64,000 bases of DNA from a virus (IMGVR_UViG_3300010373_001364:112116-176115), one strand, 5' to 3'. Shown: positions 25,999 through 34,232, counted from the first letter of the stretch. Program-made: numbers and translations. Notes: a model not told the origin generated them from the letters alone.

Positions 25999-26532
25999 AT
26001 GAGCTTCGATGACGATTTGCACTGTGGTACAGAACAATACCCAGCCTATCAACCAAGTATTTCCTCATTACAAGAAGAGAACAGGCTCCTCCGCGAGCAG
26101 TTGGAAGGGCTGAAGAAGGAGAGGATTGATGTTGCTAGAAAATATCTCCCCACTCTAGGGGAACTTCTGGACCGGCTTACAATCACCCAGATCAAGGAAG
26201 TGAAGATCCCTGAGTATAAGGATAAATATGCCCAGGAGATCGATGAGATACTTCATGATATTGACTTAATCTTAAGGACTCAGGAGATTTGGTTTGATGC
26301 TAGGATGCTTCGTGCCTTGGTTGTGCTGTCTCAAATGAACTTACACATCTGGCACAACGAGAGTAACTTCAGGAGGGGCATTAAGGACGGCAATAATCTA
26401 GAACTCACTCACGGATTGAATGGAATCAGGAACACAGCAAAGAACATCATCCAAGATATCGTCGGCGGACGCAAGGATTACAAAGTCGATTGTACTGCCG
26501 CTGAGTTTAAGGATTGGGAGGTAAGCTGGTGA
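25999..26532 (+). CDS. hypothetical protein (177 aa)
   Basis: ATG 1 nt after the DegT stop. Coiled-coil-like N-terminus. Confidence 0.5.
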   Translation: MSFDDDLHCGTEQYPAYQPSISSLQEENRLLREQLEGLKKERIDVARKYLPTLGELLDRLTITQIKEVKIPEYKDKYAQEIDEILHDIDLILRTQEIWFDARMLRALVVLSQMNLHIWHNESNFRRGIKDGNNLELTHGLNGIRNTAKNIIQDIVGGRKDYKVDCTAAEFKDWEVSW

Positions 26533-27014
26533 AAAACCTAGACGGCTACATGGAGCAGAAGCGCAGGCTCAAGGACCATGACTACATGCAGATAGCCTTG
26601 GAGGTCGCCGCAGAAGCAAAATCCAGGGGTGATCTCCCCATCGCCGCCGTCTTGGTCTGGGCTGGAGGGAAACAACTTGTCGAGCATGATACGAGGTACT
26701 CCGAGCATAATCCCCTTTGTTATGCGGTCATCAACCTGATCAACAAAGCTGCGGGCACTTTAGGTAGGAAGAAGCTGAGTGAAGCGGTGTTGTATAGCAA
26801 TCTGGAACCTAACCTACTTTGTGCTTTGGCGATTGAATCTGCTGGTGTTAAAGAAGTTGTGTTCGGAGCTTATGATGACAGAGATGGTTTCGTTAGTGCT
26901 AATTTGCTGAAGGAGAACACTCAGTTAGACATAACAGCAATCGGTGGCGTACTTGGGCAGAGGTGTTGCGAGTCGTTGCCACAAAGTATGCAAGAGCATG
27001 TTCGTTATGAATGA
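26529..27014 (+). CDS. TadA/CDA-fold deaminase homologue with substituted zinc ligands and catalytic Glu (predicted inactive)
   Basis: Collinear with TadA: AAVLVWAGGKQLV, then HNPLCYAVINL where TadA has HDPTAHAEIMAL (His to Tyr, Glu to Val), and LEPNLLCALA where TadA has LEPCVMCAGA (first Cys to Asn), then EVVFGAYD. GGGAGG RBS then GTG. Confidence 0.55.
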   Translation: MKNLDGYMEQKRRLKDHDYMQIALEVAAEAKSRGDLPIAAVLVWAGGKQLVEHDTRYSEHNPLCYAVINLINKAAGTLGRKKLSEAVLYSNLEPNLLCALAIESAGVKEVVFGAYDDRDGFVSANLLKENTQLDITAIGGVLGQRCCESLPQSMQEHVRYE

Positions 27015-27627
27015 TCAATTGGTTTTTTGTACTTCTTTAGTAGACTACGATAAACAACGATACCAGAACTGGATCAACTACTATACCAAGTTCTTTGAAG
27101 GTTGCGGTGTTGATCTCTGGATGATTAACGATGGACCTGTCACCCTCCATCTAGATTTGAAGGCTGTCGAACTTAAAACCTTTGACAAGAAGTTGGGCAG
27201 GGATTCAATCTGGATCTTCCCAGGTTGGAAGAGGTCTTTCTATCATGCTTTGCTTTGGTCGCGTGATAAATACAAGCACATTGCCCACATCGAGTCCGAC
27301 TGCTGGATAACAAGTGCGGGCAGGGAAGACTTCTTGTATTACTTGAAACAGGAAGGCTATTTCGCGGGTTATACACCTACCTACAATTTCCCCGAAGCAT
27401 CTCTTCAAATCATTAACAGTCAGACAGTAAAGCAATACATCATCGACAAGTATTCTTGTGTTGAGAACTGGTACGAGGACATTGATTTCGAGCTAGACCT
27501 CTCTAGACTTAAACCTACCTACGTCCTTGATGGAGATCGAATCGAAGGGGTGCCGGCAAGGATGAATAATCGCTTCACGTTTGTGTCCGGTACAAAGTAT
27601 GAAGACTTTGAAAGGCACTATGGATGA
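27007..27627 (+). CDS. hypothetical protein (206 aa)
   Basis: ATG overlaps the upstream stop. No motif recognised. Confidence 0.5.
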   Translation: MNDQLVFCTSLVDYDKQRYQNWINYYTKFFEGCGVDLWMINDGPVTLHLDLKAVELKTFDKKLGRDSIWIFPGWKRSFYHALLWSRDKYKHIAHIESDCWITSAGREDFLYYLKQEGYFAGYTPTYNFPEASLQIINSQTVKQYIIDKYSCVENWYEDIDFELDLSRLKPTYVLDGDRIEGVPARMNNRFTFVSGTKYEDFERHYG

Positions 27628-28717
27628 TTTCTACAAGATAATGGGCATCGAACAGGATGCCGACCAGGAAACCATTAAAAAGACCTATCGTAGGCTTGCG
27701 CTTCAGTACCATCCAGATCGAAATCCAGGTGACAAGGAAGCCGAGAAGATGTTTAAGCGGGTGCAGACTGCTTATGAGACATTGAATGACCCACAGAAGA
27801 GGGCTGTTTATGACCGGCAACTCTTTACGCCACCATCGCCACCGCCCCCATTCATGAATGACATAGGCGGCAGTACCACTATTCAAGACATTTTCGACAC
27901 CTTCTTCACCCAGCGACCCAGACAACAGGGATGGGGTCAGCACATCGAGTTAGAAATTGTTATCGACTTCCTAGAGTCGGCGCGCGGTTGCAGTAAGACG
28001 GTGAATATAGACAAACGAGAGATATGCAAGGAATGCAAAGGCACTACAGCACGCGATGGGACTGAGTTCAAGGATTGTGTACTTTGCGATGGTAAGGGGG
28101 AAACTTATCTTCATCAAAGTACCTCCTCCTCGTATGCAAGATGGAAGACTACTTGTCAATCCTGTCGCGGAACTGGCAAAGTTGTGTCCTCGTTCTGTGC
28201 TTATTGTACTGGCAAGGGTTATCATGATCGCCCTTGCACTCTGGAGTTAAAGATACCAGCCGGTATCAATGACGGCATGAAGATTTGCGCCCGTGGCGAG
28301 GGCGACATTGGACTGTCTGGCTGTGGTAATCTTTACTGTGTAGTGAGGGTAAAAGCCCACCCGGTCTTCCAGAGAGAGGGCATTAACCTATGCGTTAAGC
28401 TACCAATTACTTACACTCAAGCCGTGTTTGGCGGCGACATTGATGTTCCTTGCCTTGATGGTCAGTGTAAGTTTAAGCTGCTGCCTGGTACACGGTCTGG
28501 GGCTATCTTCAGGATGCCTGGTTTGGGTTTCGCCTTGCCAGATGACGATGAATCTGCTAGAGGAGATTTACTGGTGAAGGTGGTTATTGATGTCCCAGAT
28601 GGAGATGGTTTACCAGAAGAGTACAAGGAGGTTCTAAAGAAAACGGCTGACTTTGAGAAAGACCACCTGGGCGATTCACGAAGAAACTTCAAAAGAAACC
28701 TTGAGGAGAGCAAATGA
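27620..28717 (+). CDS. dnaJ: Molecular chaperone DnaJ (type I Hsp40)
   Basis: J-domain DFYKIMGI...YHPDRNP (HPD). Four CxxCxGxG zinc-finger repeats (CKECKGTT, CVLCDGKG, CQSCRGTG, CAYCTGKG). C-terminal substrate-binding domains. Confidence 0.85.
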   Translation: MDDFYKIMGIEQDADQETIKKTYRRLALQYHPDRNPGDKEAEKMFKRVQTAYETLNDPQKRAVYDRQLFTPPSPPPPFMNDIGGSTTIQDIFDTFFTQRPRQQGWGQHIELEIVIDFLESARGCSKTVNIDKREICKECKGTTARDGTEFKDCVLCDGKGETYLHQSTSSSYARWKTTCQSCRGTGKVVSSFCAYCTGKGYHDRPCTLELKIPAGINDGMKICARGEGDIGLSGCGNLYCVVRVKAHPVFQREGINLCVKLPITYTQAVFGGDIDVPCLDGQCKFKLLPGTRSGAIFRMPGLGFALPDDDESARGDLLVKVVIDVPDGDGLPEEYKEVLKKTADFEKDHLGDSRRNFKRNLEESK

Positions 28718-28887
28718 ACTTTAAGAGACTTTTCCTGCTCTGTGCTGTTATTTTCTTTTTGGTCATTGCATTCATGATCTGGAGGTCAGACAGGCTGGGT
28801 CCGCATGACATGAGAGATCCATCCACATTGCCACCTCCGAGCAGACAGTTTAATGAGTGGCGCAAGCAATGGGAAAAACAGAGGTAA
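28714..28887 (+). CDS. small membrane protein (57 aa)
   Basis: ATGA overlap with the dnaJ stop. TM LFLLCAVIFFLVIAFMIW. Confidence 0.4.
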   Translation: MNFKRLFLLCAVIFFLVIAFMIWRSDRLGPHDMRDPSTLPPPSRQFNEWRKQWEKQR

Positions 28888-28898
28888 CTGGCTAAATA

Positions 28899-29300
28899 TC
28901 AGCGGACGTGGTGTATTTGGAAGGACTTCAGTCTGTGGTCCTTCTCATGGTCTGGCTTGTACTTGTAGAACACCGCAGTCACCATATCACCTGGGCGATC
29001 CTTTGTTTTGTGGCGCGGGAGTCGGTTGTATTTTTTGTGATAAATCTTCCTTGGGATGCACACAGTTGTGCCGCCGTTGATGTGGAAGCAGTAGTTCGCC
29101 CCTTGTACCCGCACACCAATCACCTCTCCATGTTTTTCCTCAGTAGGAAACTCCAGTGAAATTTGTGGATGGAGCCTGCCGTCATAGGAACTGGTCGTCT
29201 GCTGGTCGGAAACGAACGCTCCCGACGATTCCACAAACTCACGAAAGTTAATCATCTTCTTACTGTAATATGGCATCAAGGTATTTAGCAGGAGTCTCAT
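28899..29300 (-). CDS. hypothetical protein (133 aa)
   Basis: Only ORF that fills this interval coherently. Minus strand. Its start codon overlaps the start codon of the next + gene (CATGAG). Confidence 0.45.
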   Translation of the reverse strand: MRLLLNTLMPYYSKKMINFREFVESSGAFVSDQQTTSSYDGRLHPQISLEFPTEEKHGEVIGVRVQGANYCFHINGGTTVCIPRKIYHKKYNRLPRHKTKDRPGDMVTAVFYKYKPDHEKDHRLKSFQIHHVR

Positions 29301-29751
29301 GAGTCTTACGAAGATCGATCTTGGTATTTCTATTGGCGGTCACGGTCCCAACAAAAAGGATCAAAAATACATTCACATCACACGCAGCGATGTTATCCAG
29401 AGGATCAATAAACACCCCGCCATCGATCCTTGGACGAGGGAGTATTTGACTAAAAGGGTCAACGAGTACCCTGATTCCGCTTTGACGTTCTTCGTGCAGA
29501 ACATCAATCAGATTGTGGTAACTGCCATCAATGAGCGAAACCGAGTATTAAAGGAGCAGCATGAAGAGAACAGAAAAAAGCTTGCAGAGAGCCAAGCTCA
29601 TCAGCCCAGCAAGCAACAGCCTAGTAGTGGAGAACGCAGAGAAGGAGTTGGCGAAGCTGGAAGCAAAGAAAATGTTAGCAAAACAGAGAAAAAAGCGCCA
29701 GTTGAAAGCGAAAAAGAAAGGGAAAATCTCTTCTCGCGTTCCACCCGTTGA
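29299..29751 (+). CDS. hypothetical protein (150 aa)
   Basis: ATG 29299. Low-complexity C-terminus overlaps the next ORF. Confidence 0.4.
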   Translation: MSLTKIDLGISIGGHGPNKKDQKYIHITRSDVIQRINKHPAIDPWTREYLTKRVNEYPDSALTFFVQNINQIVVTAINERNRVLKEQHEENRKKLAESQAHQPSKQQPSSGERREGVGEAGSKENVSKTEKKAPVESEKERENLFSRSTR

Positions 29752-30115
29752 AGTCTCCCTGGACGGTCCTGAATTCACCCCCCAGGCAGAGGACGGATTC
29801 ACTTGGTTGATAGCCAATGTGCCTGTTGCCATCGATGGCAATCGTAGGGTGGCTTTGGGTCACAGGGGTATGGCTACTGTGGACTGTGGTTTTAGTGCGA
29901 AAGTGCCAGAAGGCTACAAACTTGTTATCGAACTATCGCCGGATCTCAGGGAACACGGGCTTGAGGTTTACAAAAACACCATTACAAGCGAGAGTAGGGT
30001 AAACCTCAGTGTGCGTAACGTCGGTCGCGAGGTTGCTGTTGTCAACCACCGTGATCGTGTTGCCTTGCTGAGGATTGAACCAATTTACCCACTTACTTTC
30101 AAGGTGATGGAATGA
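29561..30115 (+). CDS. hypothetical protein: Lys-rich coiled-coil N-terminus plus beta-rich C-terminal domain with weak dUTPase-like motifs
   Basis: KELAKLEAKKMLAKQRKKRQLKAKKKGK. C-terminal segments SAKVPEGYKLVIELSPDL and VAVVNHRDRVALLRIE loosely resemble dUTPase motifs 2-4. No motif 5. Confidence 0.4.
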   Translation: MKRTEKSLQRAKLISPASNSLVVENAEKELAKLEAKKMLAKQRKKRQLKAKKKGKISSRVPPVEVSLDGPEFTPQAEDGFTWLIANVPVAIDGNRRVALGHRGMATVDCGFSAKVPEGYKLVIELSPDLREHGLEVYKNTITSESRVNLSVRNVGREVAVVNHRDRVALLRIEPIYPLTFKVME

Positions 30116-30621
30116 GCTTTTGGAATGATTTCTTCAAGTTGTTCACTTACGGACCTCGGCAGCCTTTGACGAAGAGAAAGAAGCCCGAACCCCCGAAGGC
30201 TGTTGCTTTCGAGAAGGGTGGTGATCCACAACAAGCTGAGCTACGTTGGATTGAAGCACCCAAGGCGAAGTTGCAAGATCCTATGTCTCTTAATGAGTAC
30301 CAGAGACAGGCTTTCACGGTGGCGAAGTACCCGGAGCATGGCACTGGTAGTGTCTGGGCGGTTGTTTATTGCGGTCTGGGTCTTGGTGAGGCTGGTGAAG
30401 TTCAGGGCAAGATTAAGAAGGTTTTGCGCGATTCTAATGGTCAGATTACTCCTGAAATGAAAGAGGCGATACTCGCCGAAGCTGGTGATACACTTTGGTA
30501 CATTGCTGCCCTTGCTACTGAGCTTGGTGTTACTTTGGAAGAGGTTTGTAAGAAGAACCTCGATAAGTTGTTCGACAGACGGGATCGTGGTGTAATTGGC
30601 GGATCAGGAGATAACCGATGA
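30112..30621 (+). CDS. mazG: MazG-like nucleoside triphosphate pyrophosphohydrolase
   Basis: LNEYQRQAFTVAKYP...GLGLGEAGEVQ...EAGDTLWYIAALATELGVTLEEV is the MazG EExxE/D signature region. ATGA overlap. Confidence 0.8.
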   Translation: MSFWNDFFKLFTYGPRQPLTKRKKPEPPKAVAFEKGGDPQQAELRWIEAPKAKLQDPMSLNEYQRQAFTVAKYPEHGTGSVWAVVYCGLGLGEAGEVQGKIKKVLRDSNGQITPEMKEAILAEAGDTLWYIAALATELGVTLEEVCKKNLDKLFDRRDRGVIGGSGDNR

Positions 30622-30860
30622 GAATGACAGGAAGATTCAGGTTCCAAAAGTTTGAGTTTGAGGTTGGTCAACTTGTTGAAGTAGTTAACAGCTTTGATCA
30701 TGAGAATGGACTCGTTGGTAAGGTGGTAAACCGCCGTAACGATTCTTACGAACTTGAGGACGGTTCGTGGTATCAGGTAGACAATTGGTATAATGTCTCC
30801 ATCAAAGAATTGTCACCAGAAGTACAGGGATTCCCAGAAGGGATGTTGCGAGGTAGATAA
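30618..30860 (+). CDS. hypothetical protein (80 aa)
   Basis: ATGA-coupled. Confidence 0.45.
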   Translation: MRMTGRFRFQKFEFEVGQLVEVVNSFDHENGLVGKVVNRRNDSYELEDGSWYQVDNWYNVSIKELSPEVQGFPEGMLRGR

Positions 30861-31063
30861 TGGCAAGAACAATCTATGTAGTGTTTAAGACTGGTAGACA
30901 GGTGGACGGTGAATACATCTTCATCTCAGCAGAGAAGGCTTACATCGATCCTACCAGGGCTGAAGAATACTGGCGAAAGCAAGTAAACTACTGGCGTGAA
31001 ACCATTGAAGGTGTACAGTGCGATTGTGAGCGTGCCATTCATCCAGTTGAACTGGAGGAGTGA
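30860..31063 (+). CDS. hypothetical protein (67 aa)
   Basis: TAATG-coupled. Confidence 0.45.
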   Translation: MARTIYVVFKTGRQVDGEYIFISAEKAYIDPTRAEEYWRKQVNYWRETIEGVQCDCERAIHPVELEE

Positions 31064-31596
31064 TGCTCTTTAAGAGTTTTGACGATCCCGAATTTGACAA
31101 TGCTTGGGAGAAAAAGATTCGGGAGAACACATGGGAGGACAGCATGGGACTTGCACAGGAAGAAGCCGGTTTCTTTGATCCACAAGTTAATACAGTAGCC
31201 ATCTGTGATTGGACAACTTTTGAAGGAGACACCATCAAGGAGAAGTATGAGGGCGTCTACGTCAAGTTAGTTGAACTGAAAAACATCCTCAAAGCCAAGG
31301 CTAAAGCCGCTGGCTTGGAGACAGGCGATTTCATCATCACGGCAGGTGAGTTCTTTGCCGATCTGATGGAATGCTCCAGAACCTACTGCTTTGGTGGTCA
31401 TCCCGATAGAAGTGTTGAAGTGCCGCTTATCGGCGAGTTCATTATTAGCGATGATCATGTGAAAGTGTATTGGGGCAAAACCATGTCTCGCAATAAAGTC
31501 CTCTTGCACTGCGACAATGGCAAGGGACTTTTGATTATTAACAACATTCCGCAACCGGAGGACAATGCCATCGATAAGCCCGCACAATCCTCTTGA
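31060..31596 (+). CDS. hypothetical protein (178 aa)
   Basis: GTGATG start overlapping the upstream stop. Confidence 0.5.
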   Translation: MMLFKSFDDPEFDNAWEKKIRENTWEDSMGLAQEEAGFFDPQVNTVAICDWTTFEGDTIKEKYEGVYVKLVELKNILKAKAKAAGLETGDFIITAGEFFADLMECSRTYCFGGHPDRSVEVPLIGEFIISDDHVKVYWGKTMSRNKVLLHCDNGKGLLIINNIPQPEDNAIDKPAQSS

Positions 31597-32314
31597 GGGC
31601 GACCGTCCAGAACTGACGATCAACCTCAATGATGGGACAGATGAACGAGTTTCTATTGTTGTCGTTCATCGCGACCGCCCCGAACTGCTCAATATGTGCT
31701 TGCAGTCCATCGCTATTACATCTGTCAACAACAACATCGAAGTCATTGTGGTGGATAACGCTTCTACTACCAGAGATGCTCTGGACTACCTAGAGGTTCT
31801 GGAAAAAGAACCAGACATCAAACTAATTCGCAATGAGACGAATAGGTGGTGGGCTGCTGCTTGCAATCAAGGTGCCAGAGCAGCAGATCGCAAATCCAAG
31901 TACATAGTCTTCATGCACCAAGACTGCACGGTGCTTAACCCCGCCTGGATCGATCTGATGATCTCCATTGGCGAGGCTCAGGGATCTGGTTTTATTGGTC
32001 TTGAGGAAGGTCATTTCACCTACGACCGCAAGAAGATTCCCTACGTCAGGGAGTGGTGCTTGATGGTCAGCAGGGATTGCTGGCGCGATTGCGGTCCATT
32101 TGCGGAAGAACTCAAACAGGTCGGCTCCTCATTCGTAATGACCATTGCCGCTCAGCGTTTCGGCTACAAGCCAACCATCGTTGGTAAGCTATCTTTGGTT
32201 CATCACTATCTTGCTTTCAGCATGGATAACAGCGAATTTGAAAAGATGGGTGAGCAATCTGCGGCGATGATCCCGAAGTTGATTAACGCCATTCAACAAA
32301 AACCGGAAAAGTAA
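31565..32314 (+). CDS. Family 2 glycosyltransferase
   Basis: VSIVVVHRDRPELLNMCLQSI...VIVVDNAST (GT2 N-terminal signature). Acidic motif FMHQDC. Confidence 0.7.
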   Translation: MPSISPHNPLEGDRPELTINLNDGTDERVSIVVVHRDRPELLNMCLQSIAITSVNNNIEVIVVDNASTTRDALDYLEVLEKEPDIKLIRNETNRWWAAACNQGARAADRKSKYIVFMHQDCTVLNPAWIDLMISIGEAQGSGFIGLEEGHFTYDRKKIPYVREWCLMVSRDCWRDCGPFAEELKQVGSSFVMTIAAQRFGYKPTIVGKLSLVHHYLAFSMDNSEFEKMGEQSAAMIPKLINAIQQKPEK

Positions 32315-32454
32315 TGGAATGTGTTGGTGTCACCTGGATAGATACCAGCATGGAGATGGATGGTGGAAATACTGACAACATCTTTTGGATGTCAATCCTT
32401 GGTGCATGGGTGGTAGTGTCCCTGGTGTTCATGTACCTGTACTTTTTGGTATAA
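32314..32454 (+). CDS. small membrane protein (46 aa)
   Basis: TAATG-coupled. TM ILGAWVVVSLVFMYLYFLV. Confidence 0.35.
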   Translation: MECVGVTWIDTSMEMDGGNTDNIFWMSILGAWVVVSLVFMYLYFLV

Positions 32455-32604
32455 ATGTATCACAACTACAACAAGAACAGCGGCTTTGATTGGATTCTTC
32501 TGATCATGATGATTGTGCTGATGTTGGCGATAGGCATCATGCAGTTTCTGCTGTTTATGGCATTAGTGCGTTGTCCTATCTTTATCCGGGGATATCCTTT
32601 ATGA
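32455..32604 (+). CDS. small membrane protein (49 aa)
   Basis: ATG directly after the upstream TAA. TM ILLIMMIVLMLAIGIMQFLLFMAL. Confidence 0.35.
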   Translation: MYHNYNKNSGFDWILLIMMIVLMLAIGIMQFLLFMALVRCPIFIRGYPL

Positions 32605-33043
32605 ACTTCTCCCACTCCGGGTGGTTGTGTACCTCAATTTTGTTCTTCGCATAGGTATTGGCATAAGCGTGGCAGAAGAGTTCTTCTGCGTTTTGATGTA
32701 GCTTGTGCTTGGTCTTGTTGACGATCCTTTGCCATTCCTTTTTCAACTTACTATTGTGAGACATCCACCTTTCGTAAACGAGGTGCCCAATCTCATGTAG
32801 CATGGCAAACTGTCTACCGTAATTCCACGGTGCAGCAACATGAATCTCTTTCTTCTTTTCGTTGTTAAGGTGAATCATGCCGATGTTATCGTCGCTCCCC
32901 TTGAGGGTACAGCCGCCCTCAAACTTGAATTTGTACCCCTTTACAAGTGCTTGGTGAGCCTTGGGTAGCCCCTTAATAGTGTCCCTGACTTCTTGGTGGG
33001 CTTCTGTTTCAATTAGGAATTCTCGGAACCCGGTCATAATCAT
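32582..33043 (-). CDS. ImmA/IrrE (M78)-like zinc metallopeptidase
   Basis: MLHEIGHLVYERW (HEIGH zincin motif) in an alpha-helical ~150-aa protein. Minus strand, convergent with the small TM genes. Confidence 0.5.
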   Translation of the reverse strand: MIMTGFREFLIETEAHQEVRDTIKGLPKAHQALVKGYKFKFEGGCTLKGSDDNIGMIHLNNEKKKEIHVAAPWNYGRQFAMLHEIGHLVYERWMSHNSKLKKEWQRIVNKTKHKLHQNAEELFCHAYANTYAKNKIEVHNHPEWEKFIKDIPG

Positions 33044-33108
33044 GTTGGTATCTAGGTCTGCCCATCGTTGTTTTTCAGGGTATACCAGTCTACTATTGAA
33101 CTAAGAAC

Positions 33109-33117
33109 TGCTATAAT
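33109..33117 (+). promoter_or_regulatory. extended -10 promoter element (TGcTATAAT)
   Basis: TG at 33109-10 and TATAAT at 33112-17. Only a weak -35 (TCTACT) 17 nt upstream. Confidence 0.3.
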
Positions 33118-33119
33118 AA

Positions 33120-33427
33120 AGAGTCAGTAGGATTCAGCGAAGCTCTGGGGGCGAGATAAGAAGTTGCGGAGTTTCATGGAGCAGTCTATGAAGTCGAAGC
33201 GTCCCTTCGACACACTGACAGGGGTGCCGTGTGGCGATTAAGCTACAGAACCGACAACCAGTTGATGACCAAAGCAACTCTGCTGACCGCAGCAGGCGAG
33301 CGGCAAGGTGCGCGTGCCTTGCGGGGCATAGGACGGGTTGTTGGGGGCGGTCACGGTGCCAGGCTCTAGTCGTGTGGGGAACACGGTCCTTTGGGTGAAC
33401 CAAAGCACAATCTTCGCTGTACGCACA
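33120..33427 (+). ncRNA. candidate structured non-coding RNA (unidentified class)
   Basis: ~340-nt interval with no ORF of 60 aa or more on the + strand. GC markedly higher than surroundings. Several stem-loops readable by eye (GTCGAAGcgtccCTTCGAC, GCAAGGtgcgcgtgCCTTGC, CTTTGGgtgaaCCAAAG). Promoter-like element upstream, intrinsic terminator at the 3' end. Confidence 0.3.
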
Positions 33428-33462
33428 GTCCTGCCGCATATCTTTGCGGCAGGACTTTTTTA
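33428..33462 (+). terminator. rho-independent terminator
   Basis: Perfect 11-bp stem GTCCTGCCGCA/TGCGGCAGGAC, loop TATCTT, then TTTTTTAT. Confidence 0.65.
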
Positions 33463-33488
33463 TGCCATGTACGCTAGATAAAGGTATC

Positions 33489-34232
33489 ATGGCGAAAAGA
33501 AACAACAAACTCAAACGTAACGAAGAGAGAGAAGCCAGGGAATTTGGGGAGGGCGTCTTCGATTCATTGCGAGAAATCATTCCTGTCAAAACAACGCCGT
33601 CTTTTGATATCTCGGATCAATTCAAAAACGTGGCTCAACGACTGGCTTATTCAGTCTATGAGCAAAACGATGTTGTGTTTCTTCTAGGTCCGGCTGGTAC
33701 AGGCAAGAGTCATCTAGCCTGTATGTTTGCCATCAATGAGTTGATTAGAGAAACCAAAAGTCGTATCGTTTTAACACGACCTATTGTCGAAGCCGGTGAA
33801 AGTCTAGGATATCTTCCTGGCACCTTTTCCGAGAAGACCGACCCTTACATGCTGCCGCTTTATGATTGCATTCGCAAGATGATCCCGACAAAGGATCAGA
33901 ATGCCGAGTATGTGCAAAACAACACAGAGGTGGCACCCCTGGCGTACATGAGGGGTCGGACGTTTGATAACAGCGTTTGCATCCTTGATGAGGCGCAAAA
34001 CTGCACTTGGGAACAACTGGTGTTGTTCTTGACCCGCCTCGGCGAGGGTAGCAAGATGATTATTACAGGCGATCCTCATCAATCTGACATTGGGAGAGAT
34101 TCTGCTCTGATGGACGTAGCACGTCGCCTGGATGGTCTTGAGGGCGTAGGTACAGTGAAGTTCACTGAGGAACACATTGTCCGCCACAAGCTAGTTTCAC
34201 AGATCCTCAAGAGGTTGCAGAGGAATTCCTAA
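33489..34232 (+). CDS. phoH: PhoH-like ATPase
   Basis: Walker A GPAGTGKSHLA. PhoH motifs RPIVEAGESLGYLPG, ILDEAQNCT and IITGDPHQSD. An alternative ATG at 33462 lies directly after the terminator T-tract. Confidence 0.85.
   Translation: MAKRNNKLKRNEEREAREFGEGVFDSLREIIPVKTTPSFDISDQFKNVAQRLAYSVYEQNDVVFLLGPAGTGKSHLACMFAINELIRETKSRIVLTRPIVEAGESLGYLPGTFSEKTDPYMLPLYDCIRKMIPTKDQNAEYVQNNTEVAPLAYMRGRTFDNSVCILDEAQNCTWEQLVLFLTRLGEGSKMIITGDPHQSDIGRDSALMDVARRLDGLEGVGTVKFTEEHIVRHKLVSQILKRLQRNS

Noticed and set aside
29570-29580. Programmed -1 frameshift at A-AAA-AAG heptamer joining ORF 29299-29751 to ORF 29561-30115
   Set aside because: The downstream ORF is in the +1 (not -1) frame relative to the upstream ORF, so the heptamer cannot fuse them.
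33120-33462. tmRNA (ssrA) as the identity of the ORF-free structured interval, suggested by the phage smpB
   Set aside because: No T-loop GGTTCGA-type sequence, no CGCCCCC-ACCA acceptor complement to the two GGGGGCG boxes, and no tag-like reading frame ending in ALAA-stop were found on either strand. It is kept as an unidentified ncRNA candidate instead.
33134-33589. 151-aa minus-strand ORF spanning the candidate ncRNA region and the phoH 5' end
   Set aside because: Runs through the intrinsic terminator and into phoH. High GC makes spurious ORFs likely. Ser/Leu/Arg low complexity.
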